NCBI GenBank assembly: GCA_037446215.1
Contig: JBBIJB010000028.1
Location: forward strand, 1-28,086
Origin: Armatimonadota bacterium
Lineage (GTDB): Bacteria > Sysuimicrobiota > Sysuimicrobiia > Sysuimicrobiales > Humicultoraceae
Length of the DNA stretch: 28,086 nt
Direction: 5' to 3'
The notes beneath the pieces were generated by a model, which was not told the origin of the DNA, made no database searches, and saw only the letters and a program-made list of their open reading frames with translations. Made by a program: the position numbers and the translations under genes. Of this stretch, positions 1-7,455 are shown in pieces; the first letter of the stretch is position 1, and the number at the start of each line of letters is the position of its first letter.

Positions 1-15
1 CGCTGCGCGAATTCA

Positions 16-774
16 TCACGATGACGCCAACGCGGCGCGGAGATCACCGCGCGCGCCCCCCCTGGATCCTGCCTCTCCCTCCCCGGCAATCCGCAGGCGC
101 ATCCCGTCATCCACACCGGCCGGCACCCTCACCGTGACGTCGCGCTCCGCCATCACCCGCCCTGAGCCCCGACAGCCCGCACACGGGCGCTCGATGTAGG
201 TACCCACGCCCCGGCACTGACCGCACGTTACCACCTGCGTCAGGTGCCCGAAGACCGTCCTCTGCGCGTACCGGACCTCCCCGGTCCCCTGACAGGCAGG
301 GCAGCTCTCGGGCCGTGATCCCTGCTCGGCTCCGGTGCCAAAACAGGACGGGCAGGTCTCCATCCGCTCAACTGTCATGTGCCTCTCGACTCCGGAAGCG
401 ACTTCCTCCAGGGTTAGATCGAGATCGTGGCGCAGATCGGCGCCCCTAGCCGGCCCTTCGTTCTCCGCTGCCGCCCTCTGGCGACCTCCGAAGAAGAGAT
501 CGAAGAGGTCATCGAACGGCCCCATCCCGGCTGTGGAGGGAGGCCATGATTGAGGGCTCACCCGTCCGAACCGATCGTATTGGCCACGCTTGGCCGGATC
601 TCCAAGAACGGAGTAGGCCTCGTTGATCTCCTTGAAGCGCTCTTCCGCGTGGGGGTCGTCACGGCGGACGTCCGGATGGGCCTCGCGCGCGATGCGACGG
701 TAAGCCTGCTTTATCTCCTCCTGGGTGGCGCGCCGCTCAACACCCAGCACCTCATAGAGATCTCGTGATTCCAT
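16..774 (-). CDS. dnaJ: Molecular chaperone DnaJ, C-terminally truncated (252 aa)
   Basis: J-domain (DLYEVLGV...HPD...FKEINEAYSVL), short G/F region, four CxxCxGxG zinc-finger repeats, and VPAGVDDGMRLRIAGEG...GDL. Similarity stops after GDL (~nt 40), then a TGA at 16-18. Start taken as ATG at 774 because the longer ORF overlaps hrcA. Confidence 0.93.
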   Translation of the reverse strand: MESRDLYEVLGVERRATQEEIKQAYRRIAREAHPDVRRDDPHAEERFKEINEAYSVLGDPAKRGQYDRFGRVSPQSWPPSTAGMGPFDDLFDLFFGGRQRAAAENEGPARGADLRHDLDLTLEEVASGVERHMTVERMETCPSCFGTGAEQGSRPESCPACQGTGEVRYAQRTVFGHLTQVVTCGQCRGVGTYIERPCAGCRGSGRVMAERDVTVRVPAGVDDGMRLRIAGEGEAGSRGGARGDLRAALASS

Positions 775-811
775 GATCGTGTCGGATCGGCCGGATCCGG
801 CCAGCCTCCTG

Positions 812-1843
812 CTAGAAGGATGCCCGCATGGCCTGGCTGAGGCGGCCCGCAACATAGCGGACGGCCGCCACGGCACGCCGGTATCGCATCCGGGTGGGTC
901 CAAAGAGCGCGACGGTGCCGCCGGCCCCGTCGCCTATACGAAAGGCCGCAGACACCACGCTGCACCTCTGGAGCTCGGAGCGACGGTTCTCGGTGCCGAT
1001 CGTGATCCAGACCCCCTCGGTGGGAGGCCCGGAGAGCGCCTCGGCAAGGAGGGCCTCGTCCTCGAGCACCTCGAAGAGGCCGGTCACGCGCTCCGGCCTG
1101 CTGAACTCGGGCTCGTCCAGGAGGTGACGGGCGCCCTCGACCCGGATCTGCGGCCTCATCCTCCCCGCAAGGTCCGCGAGCACCAGTGAGCGGATCTCCT
1201 CGAACCACCGGCGGAACCGTGTGATCTCGCGGAGCGCCTCCTCCAGGCGCGCGGGTGACAGATCGTCTACGCTGCAACCTTGCAGTTGATGCGTGACCGC
1301 GCGCGACAGCCGCTCCAGGTCGGCGGCGTTCGCGCCTTCCGGCAGCCTCATCGTCTTACCGTGGAGGGTCCCGGAGCCGGTGGCAATCACTGCGAGTGCG
1401 CGGCCGTCGCCCAGCGGCACGATGTGCAGCGACCGGAAGAACTGACGGCGGCCTCCCGACGCTACCACAACCGACGGGTAGCGCGCTACCGATGCGAGAG
1501 CCTGCGCCGCCAACTCGGCCGTGTCGCCCGGGCTCCCTGCGGTCGTGGTCATGCGCCTGCGCACGCTCTCGCGATCCGCGGCCGGAAGCGGCTCGCTCTC
1601 CAGGAGCGCGTCGACGTACACGCGGTAGCCCAGGTCTGTGGGAACGCGGCCCGCTGAGGTGTGTGGATGCGTGAGCAGGCCGAGTTCCTCAAGCTCCGCC
1701 ATCTCGCTGCGGATCGTGGCAGGGCTTACGCGCAGGTGCTCTCTCACGGCCGCGTGATGAGACCCTACCGGCTCGGCAGACCGGATGTGCTCCTCAACCA
1801 CCGCCCGGAGCACGGTCCGCTTTCGGGTATCCAGCTGCAGCAT
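812..1843 (-). CDS. hrcA: Heat-inducible transcriptional repressor HrcA (343 aa)
   Basis: N-terminal winged HTH with EPVGS, SPATIRSEMAELEELGLL, HPHTSAGRVPTDLGYRVYVD, and C-terminal GPTRMRY. Sits next to dnaJ with a CIRCE upstream. Confidence 0.96.
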   Translation of the reverse strand: MLQLDTRKRTVLRAVVEEHIRSAEPVGSHHAAVREHLRVSPATIRSEMAELEELGLLTHPHTSAGRVPTDLGYRVYVDALLESEPLPAADRESVRRRMTTTAGSPGDTAELAAQALASVARYPSVVVASGGRRQFFRSLHIVPLGDGRALAVIATGSGTLHGKTMRLPEGANAADLERLSRAVTHQLQGCSVDDLSPARLEEALREITRFRRWFEEIRSLVLADLAGRMRPQIRVEGARHLLDEPEFSRPERVTGLFEVLEDEALLAEALSGPPTEGVWITIGTENRRSELQRCSVVSAAFRIGDGAGGTVALFGPTRMRYRRAVAAVRYVAGRLSQAMRASF

Positions 1844-1852
1844 CTTATCACC

Positions 1853-1889
1853 GGTCGCTGGCACTCTCAGACCTGGAGTGCCAGCGACC
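1853..1889. promoter_or_regulatory. CIRCE operator (HrcA binding site)
   Basis: CTGGCACTC (1858-1866)-N9-GAGTGCCAG (1876-1884), matching TTAGCACTC-N9-GAGTGCTAA. The arms extend to a perfect 14-bp inverted repeat (1853-1866/1876-1889), lying between the promoter and the hrcA start. Confidence 0.93.
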
Positions 1890-1895
1890 AAGTCA

Positions 1896-1925
1896 AGCGT
1901 AGCACCGCGGTTTTTCGGGTGTCAA
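1896..1925 (-). promoter_or_regulatory. Sigma70/sigmaA-type promoter of hrcA-dnaJ
   Basis: Minus strand TTGACA (1925-1920)-N18-TACGCT (1901-1896) with a TGn extended -10. The -35 box contains the murJ TGA stop. Confidence 0.75.
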
Positions 1926-3514
1926 GAAAGGCCGGCGCGCCCACGCCTGCGGAGCAACTGCCGCAGAAGGCCCAGCTCCTCGACCCGCAGCAGGCGGCAG
2001 GCCGCCAGGTAGAGCAAGACCGACCCCACCCCGGCGGCCGCCAGGGCCTGCAGATCGTCCCACCCGCGCAGCCTGAGGTCCGGCACCGCTGCGCTCGCGA
2101 AGGCATAGCCCGCTCCTATGGCGACTGCCGCGGCGAGGCAGACACGCCCCGCGGTCGCGGCGCCCTCGCGCCCATCCAGTCCTCCCAGGACGGGGCGCAG
2201 GAGGAAGAGCAGCAGGGCTACGTTCGCCCAGGAGACGATCGCCGCCGCCAGCGCGATCCCGGGTGCGCCGGCAACCCGCATCAGCACGGCGGCCAGGGCG
2301 GCGTTGAGCGCCACCATCAGCGCTCCTATGACCACCGGCGTGCGCATGTCATGCCTAGCGTAGAAAGCCCGAGTCACCACGTAGTAGGCCGCCATCGGAA
2401 CCAGCCCGGCGGCGTAGGCAGTGAGGCACCGAGCCACCATTGCCGTCGCCGCGGAGCCGAACTCCCCTCTCTCGAACACCAGTTGGACGGCCGGCCTCGC
2501 GAATGCCGCCAGCCCCGCAGATATGGGCACGGTGAGGAACAGCAGCCCTCGCAGCCCTCCGGAGAGCGTCCTGCGCAGCGCCGCCACGTCGCCCGATGCG
2601 GCCTGCCGGCTCATGCTCGGGAACAGGACGGTGGCCAGGGAGATCGCCAGTATCCCTATCGGCGCCTGGACGACCTCATACGCGTAGTCGAGGGCGGCTA
2701 TCGCGTGTACCCCGGGAGCGGTCGGAAGGAGCGAGGCCAGAAACCGGCCGACGTAGGCGTTGATCTCAACGACCGCAAGGCCGACCATGGTGGGGACCGC
2801 CAGCCTCCGGACCGTCCGCATCTCCGGGGATCCCCAGTCAAACGCGAGCCTCCATCGGAAGCCCACCGCCCGCAGGGCAGGGGCCTGAATCAGAAACTGC
2901 GCGGCGGTCCCGGCGACCCACGCCACGGCCAGGCCGACTATGCCTATGCGTGGGCCGAGCAGCAGGGCCCCTCCGATTATCGTGAGGTTGAAGGCGAGCG
3001 GAGCCACCGCCGGCATCAGGAAGCGGCGGTGCGCGTTCAGGTAGGCGGTGGAGAAGATGGCCAGGGCAAGGAAGAACATCGCCAGGAAGTTCACCCTTGT
3101 CAGCATGACGGTGAGGCTGAGTTGCCCTGCGTCCCCGGCGAACCCCGGCGCCGCCAGCGGGACGAGCAGCGGCGCCGCGAACTGCCCTGCCACGACCATG
3201 ATGACCCCGACGAGGAGCACTGCGCTGAACAGCTGCGAGGAGACCCTCTCGAGGTGGGCGTCGTCCCCCCTGGCGATGGCGCCCGACAGAGTCGGTATCA
3301 GGACTATCGCCAGCGTGCCGCCGATCAGCAGGCGCTGAACGAAGAACGGCAAGTAGTACCCGATGACATAGGCGGCCTTGGCGTCGGATGCTCCGAAGAG
3401 GGCGGCGGCGACCATCTCCCTGCCCAGGCCCAGCAGGCGGCTGGCGACTGTCGCCACAGCGATCAGCGTCGCGGCCCTGACGAGCGGGGAGACCTGGCGG
3501 GCGGCGGAGTTCAC
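1922..3514 (-). CDS. murJ: Lipid II flippase MurJ/MviN (530 aa)
   Basis: SRLLGLGRE N-terminal motif, many TM segments, LVFERGEF, RAFYARHDMRTP. Divergent from rpsT. Confidence 0.94.
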   Translation of the reverse strand: MNSAARQVSPLVRAATLIAVATVASRLLGLGREMVAAALFGASDAKAAYVIGYYLPFFVQRLLIGGTLAIVLIPTLSGAIARGDDAHLERVSSQLFSAVLLVGVIMVVAGQFAAPLLVPLAAPGFAGDAGQLSLTVMLTRVNFLAMFFLALAIFSTAYLNAHRRFLMPAVAPLAFNLTIIGGALLLGPRIGIVGLAVAWVAGTAAQFLIQAPALRAVGFRWRLAFDWGSPEMRTVRRLAVPTMVGLAVVEINAYVGRFLASLLPTAPGVHAIAALDYAYEVVQAPIGILAISLATVLFPSMSRQAASGDVAALRRTLSGGLRGLLFLTVPISAGLAAFARPAVQLVFERGEFGSAATAMVARCLTAYAAGLVPMAAYYVVTRAFYARHDMRTPVVIGALMVALNAALAAVLMRVAGAPGIALAAAIVSWANVALLLFLLRPVLGGLDGREGAATAGRVCLAAAVAIGAGYAFASAAVPDLRLRGWDDLQALAAAGVGSVLLYLAACRLLRVEELGLLRQLLRRRGRAGLS

Positions 3515-3564
3515 AGGTAGAGAGGCCGCGAGTCCCAGGCGCCGCCATCCACGGCCCGCTTGGC

Positions 3565-3593
3565 TTGTGGGCGTCCCGCGGTCGTGCTAGAAT
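3565..3593 (+). promoter_or_regulatory. Sigma70-type promoter of rpsT
   Basis: TTGTGG (3565-3570)-N17-TAGAAT (3588-3593) with a TGn extended -10, 46 nt before the rpsT start. Confidence 0.65.
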
Positions 3594-3639
3594 CGCCCAG
3601 GATCAGCCGGCCGCGCTCGCGGCCACAGGGGGAAGCGAA

Positions 3640-3879
3640 TTGGCGAAGCGTATCAAGTCCGGACTCAAGCACCTGCGGAAGTCGGCCAAGCGGCGTGTCG
3701 CGAACGCCTCGGCGAAGGCGAAGGTGAAGACCCTCGTCAAGACCGCCACGGGGCCCGAGGGGCTCTCTCGGGCGCAGAAGGCGCTCGACAAGGCCGCGGC
3801 GCGCGGCACCATCCACCCAAACACGGCGGCCCGGAAGAAGTCGCGACTGATGCGGCGTGCCTCCGGCGGCCCGGCCTAG
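3640..3879 (+). CDS. rpsT: 30S ribosomal protein S20 (79 aa, TTG start)
   Basis: MAKRIKSGLKHLRKS...ALDKAAARGTIHPNTAARKKSRL, convergent with holA as in the usual comEC-holA/rpsT layout. Confidence 0.95.
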   Translation: MAKRIKSGLKHLRKSAKRRVANASAKAKVKTLVKTATGPEGLSRAQKALDKAAARGTIHPNTAARKKSRLMRRASGGPA

Positions 3880-3946
3880 CGAAGCGCTCTCACGGCAGAC
3901 CCGGTCCCCCCACCTCTCGGCAGAGGACCCACGGGACGGCAGGCGC

Positions 3947-4957
3947 CTAGGGGGCACCGACCGAAGCCCCTCTGCCCCGACCGCTCCCGCTGGGCAGGCA
4001 CAGCCGCACGAACAGCGCCTCCAGCACCAGCCTGGCTGGCATTCCCGTCTTGATCGACCTCTCGGCGCCCTCGAGCGCCTCGAAGATCTGGGGGAACTGG
4101 GCGGGTTTGTACCTACGGGCCTGCTCCGAGACCTTTCGGGCGACAAAAGGATGGACCCCAAGGCGCTCGGGCAGGGCCCCGGCCGGAACCCGCTGGCCTG
4201 CCAGGGAGTTCGCCCGCCCTATCAGGCGGTACTGCCGGGCGACCATGAACAGCACCCAGAGGGGCTCGTGGGTCGCGAGGATCTCACTGAGGGCCACTAC
4301 CGCGCCCGAAGCGTCCCGCATTCCGAGCGCGTCCACCAACCTGAAGATCGAGGCTTCTCCCAGCCGGCTCGCGATGGCCTCCACATCGGAGACGGTGACC
4401 CGCGGGCTCTCTCCAACGTAGGCGGAGAGCTTCGCCACCTCGTGCTCCAACTCCCTTAGACTACCCCCGGCCAGCGCGACCAGCCTCTCGGCGACACCCT
4501 GCGAGGCCTGCTTGCCGTGGGCGGCGAAGCGGTCCGCCACCCAGGCCGGCTTCTCCCTGGGCGCGGGCGGACGGCACTCCACGATCCGACCGAGCCGCTT
4601 GAACGTCAGGTAGAGGCGCCTTCGACGATCCAGTTCTTTGGCGACGAACAGGCCGATCGAGGGGCTGTCGCCCCTTTCCAGGTATCCGACCAGCGCCTCG
4701 TGGTCGGCCTCGCGCATCGCCTCCAACCGCCTGACGACGACGACGCGGCGCGGGCCGAAGAAAGGCGCGGTATCAAGCCGGGTGACTATCTCCGCTACTG
4801 GGGTCGAGCCGTCGACGAAGTCCAGGTTTAGGGCGCGATCCTCTGGAGAGAGGACCTCCTCGACCAACCGCTCCAACTGCCGCTCTGCGAGGTAGTCCTC
4901 TTCCCCTATGATCAGCACCGGGCCGCTGGATCCGCCTTGGGTCCCGGCGGTGCTCAT
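3947..4957 (-). CDS. holA: DNA polymerase III subunit delta
   Basis: LIIGEEDYL, TAPFFGPRRVVVV, LEHEVAKLSAY, SIFRLVDAL, LGVHPFVARK, SIKTG. Lies between comEC and rpsT. Alternative TTG start at 4966. Confidence 0.93.
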   Translation of the reverse strand: MSTAGTQGGSSGPVLIIGEEDYLAERQLERLVEEVLSPEDRALNLDFVDGSTPVAEIVTRLDTAPFFGPRRVVVVRRLEAMREADHEALVGYLERGDSPSIGLFVAKELDRRRRLYLTFKRLGRIVECRPPAPREKPAWVADRFAAHGKQASQGVAERLVALAGGSLRELEHEVAKLSAYVGESPRVTVSDVEAIASRLGEASIFRLVDALGMRDASGAVVALSEILATHEPLWVLFMVARQYRLIGRANSLAGQRVPAGALPERLGVHPFVARKVSEQARRYKPAQFPQIFEALEGAERSIKTGMPARLVLEALFVRLCLPSGSGRGRGASVGAP

Positions 4958-4978
4958 GCTCTCCAAGGCTCCCTGTTA

Positions 4979-7393
4979 TCAGTGGGTACCTGCACGGGCC
5001 CGCCTCCTGTAGGATGCTGCCTGCCATGACCTGCCGTCGCTCGCAAGCGTCACGGCACCGTCGACGTCCGTGCGGAAGATCGACGCGCCTGCCCTGTGCA
5101 GGGACTCAACCACGGAAGGGTGGGGGTGTCCGAACCCGTTCCCATCACCCACCGAGATGACTGCCAACCCCGGCCGCACCCTCCCAAGGAACTCCGTCGA
5201 CGTCGAGGTCCGGCTCCCATGGTGAGCCACCTTGAGGACCTGACTGGCCAGCCCAACCCCAGAATCCACCAGATGTTTCTCCACGTCGGCCCCAATGTCC
5301 CCGGCAAGGAATGCGGACGCCCGGCCGTAGGCGACCGTGGCCGCTACCGACGACGAGTGGACCGGGTCGCCCTCAAGCGCCGGCAACGGTTCCTGAGGAT
5401 GGACCACGGTGAGCCTCACACCCGCTCCCAACTCCACCACGACACCGCGCCTGGCCTTTCGGCGCGGTATGCGCCGATCCTCGACAATGCGCAGCAGGCG
5501 GGCATACGAGACGTTGGGGTGAGGCACGCTTGGGTCCAGCACGACTCCGACCGGGAAGTTCTCCAGCACGGCGGGCAGTCCTCCAACATGATCCTCGTGA
5601 GCGTGCGTGAGTAGGACCGCGTCCAGGCGCCTCACGCCCGCCCTTCGAAGGGCCGGCACCACGCGCGCGAGCCCAACGTCCCATCCGGACCCGGAGAGTT
5701 CCCCTCCCCCATCCACGAGGGCCGCGCCTCCTGCCGGGCTCTGAATGAGGATCGCATCGCCCTGGCCGACGTCTATGACTGTAACAAGCAGAGCCGGCAG
5801 CGGCCGCACCGCGGACTGGTGCCACACCGAGAGCGCAAGCAGTCCCACACCGACCGCCGCTCGTCCGACGGTGCGCGGCGGGTGCCACTTCCCCTCCGCG
5901 AGCCACACCGCAGCCAGCATCGCCGCGTAGGCGATCGCCGCCACCTTGGGCGAGACCGGAGGCGTCGCAACGGTGGCCCACCCAACCCGGCCCGTGGCGA
6001 CCCCGATCCATTGGATAGCCGCCACAACGGGCTCCAGGCACGCCATCAGGAACCGGCCGGCCGAGGGCAGCAGCACCACCACGGGTATCGCAACGAAGCC
6101 AGCCGGGACGAAGGCCGCGACCAACGGCAGCACGAGCAGGTTGGCCGCGACGCCGGCTGCCGGGAGCGTCTGGAAGTGCGTCGCGATCAGCGGCGCAACC
6201 GCTATCTGAGCCCCCAACGTAACTCCGATGCCGGTCGCCGCAGCCCGACCCAGCGGTGCCAGCCGCCTCGTCAGCAGGGGGGACAGGTAGAGGAGCCCCC
6301 AGGTGGCGGCAAACGAGAGCTGGAAGCCGATGTCCCACAGCACGAGCGGGTTGGCTACGAGGAGCGCGAGGGCGGCCACTGAGAGCGTGGCCGCCCGGTG
6401 CGGTGAGCGGCCAAGGACCGCCGCCCCGAGCCCAACCACAGCCATGATCACGGCTCGGCTGATCGAGGGAGCCCATCCGACCAGGGAGGCGAAGGCGACC
6501 ACCCCTGCCCCGGCGACCGCGGCTGCGCCCAGGGGCGGCAGCCGGGCGAGCCGTGCTGCCCAGCCCCAGGCGCCGGCCACGATGGCGACCTGGGTTCCCG
6601 AAACCACCATCAGGTGGACGAGGCCTGCCTTGGTGAAGGAGTGGTACAGCTCCTGTGACAGGTGGCCGTCGATCCCGAGAAGCAGGCTCAGGAACAGGCC
6701 TGCGCGCGGCGCGGGAAGCGCCTGCAGCGCCCCCTCCTCCACCCTGCGTCTGATCGCGGCCAGAGCCCCGATCAGGGAGTGCCCTCCCGGGCGCAGGCGC
6801 TCGACGCCCTCGGGATCGGCCCGGACGATCCCGCTGAGGCCGCGGCGGCGCAGGGCATCGCGTTGGGAGCGCTCTCCAGGGTTTCCGGCGGTCCGGCCCC
6901 TCTCGAATCGGCCGCTCACGCGAACCTCGGCGCCCGGGCCGATGCCGACCGCCCCCTTGCCGGTAACGCGGACCGCCTGCCTGCCTCCGACGGCTAGGTG
7001 GAGGGGCTTCCCGTCGGCCTCTGGGAGCATGCGCACGGAGTCCACTCGGATGGCGGTCGACCAGCGCCCCCGTGAGATCTCGATCGGGCCGGCCACTCTG
7101 CCGACCACTACCACCCTCCTGCCGTCCGCCTGCTCAGGCCAGGCCGGCAACGCCAGGACTACGAAGCAGGCATGGGCCGCGCCCAGGAGCCCAAAGAGGA
7201 CGGCCGCGACGATTGAGGCAGCCGCGGGTGCCCGGCGCAGGAACAGGGCGGGCACCGCGGTGAGCGCCGCGGCCAGCAGGAGCGGCACGGGCAGCCCTGC
7301 GACCGCCTGGGGCAGCGGGTCGCTGCCGACAGCCGCCATGCCGCAGGCGAAGCCCAGGGTCGCCAGGACTATCGGTGGTGGCTGCGGGACCAT
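4979..7393 (-). CDS. comEC: Competence DNA-uptake channel ComEC/Rec2 (804 aa)
   Basis: N-terminal TM plus OB-like region, Competence domain (GLVHLMVVSG, SISRAVIM, DIGFQLSFAAT), C-terminal metallo-beta-lactamase domain (DVGQGDA, THAHEDHVGG, KVAHHGS, FGHPHP, RTDVDGAV). Start approximate; the longer ORF overlaps thrS. Confidence 0.94.
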   Translation of the reverse strand: MVPQPPPIVLATLGFACGMAAVGSDPLPQAVAGLPVPLLLAAALTAVPALFLRRAPAAASIVAAVLFGLLGAAHACFVVLALPAWPEQADGRRVVVVGRVAGPIEISRGRWSTAIRVDSVRMLPEADGKPLHLAVGGRQAVRVTGKGAVGIGPGAEVRVSGRFERGRTAGNPGERSQRDALRRRGLSGIVRADPEGVERLRPGGHSLIGALAAIRRRVEEGALQALPAPRAGLFLSLLLGIDGHLSQELYHSFTKAGLVHLMVVSGTQVAIVAGAWGWAARLARLPPLGAAAVAGAGVVAFASLVGWAPSISRAVIMAVVGLGAAVLGRSPHRAATLSVAALALLVANPLVLWDIGFQLSFAATWGLLYLSPLLTRRLAPLGRAAATGIGVTLGAQIAVAPLIATHFQTLPAAGVAANLLVLPLVAAFVPAGFVAIPVVVLLPSAGRFLMACLEPVVAAIQWIGVATGRVGWATVATPPVSPKVAAIAYAAMLAAVWLAEGKWHPPRTVGRAAVGVGLLALSVWHQSAVRPLPALLVTVIDVGQGDAILIQSPAGGAALVDGGGELSGSGWDVGLARVVPALRRAGVRRLDAVLLTHAHEDHVGGLPAVLENFPVGVVLDPSVPHPNVSYARLLRIVEDRRIPRRKARRGVVVELGAGVRLTVVHPQEPLPALEGDPVHSSSVAATVAYGRASAFLAGDIGADVEKHLVDSGVGLASQVLKVAHHGSRTSTSTEFLGRVRPGLAVISVGDGNGFGHPHPSVVESLHRAGASIFRTDVDGAVTLASDGRSWQAASYRRRARAGTH

Positions 7394-7396
7394 ACG

Positions 7397-7433
7397 CAAC
7401 GGCCGATCCCCCTGGATGGGAGATCGGCCGTTG
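7397..7433 (-). other. Strong stem-loop between thrS and comEC (terminator-like or RBS-occluding)
   Basis: CAACGGCCGATC / GATCGGCCGTTG perfect 12-bp arms. On the minus strand these extend by TCCC/GGGG to 16 bp with a 5-nt loop. No U-tract on the minus strand. Confidence 0.55.
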
Positions 7434-7455
7434 GATCTGTTGTTATTGGTAGGGG

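Noticed and set aside
789..802. 14-bp palindrome GGCCGGATCCGGCC between hrcA and dnaJ
   Set aside because: Single short GC-rich palindrome with no copies noticed and no known motif; could be chance.
1661..3520. 619-aa plus-strand ORF
   Set aside because: Antisense shadow of murJ/hrcA in GC-rich DNA, with Arg/Gly/His-rich composition and no motifs.
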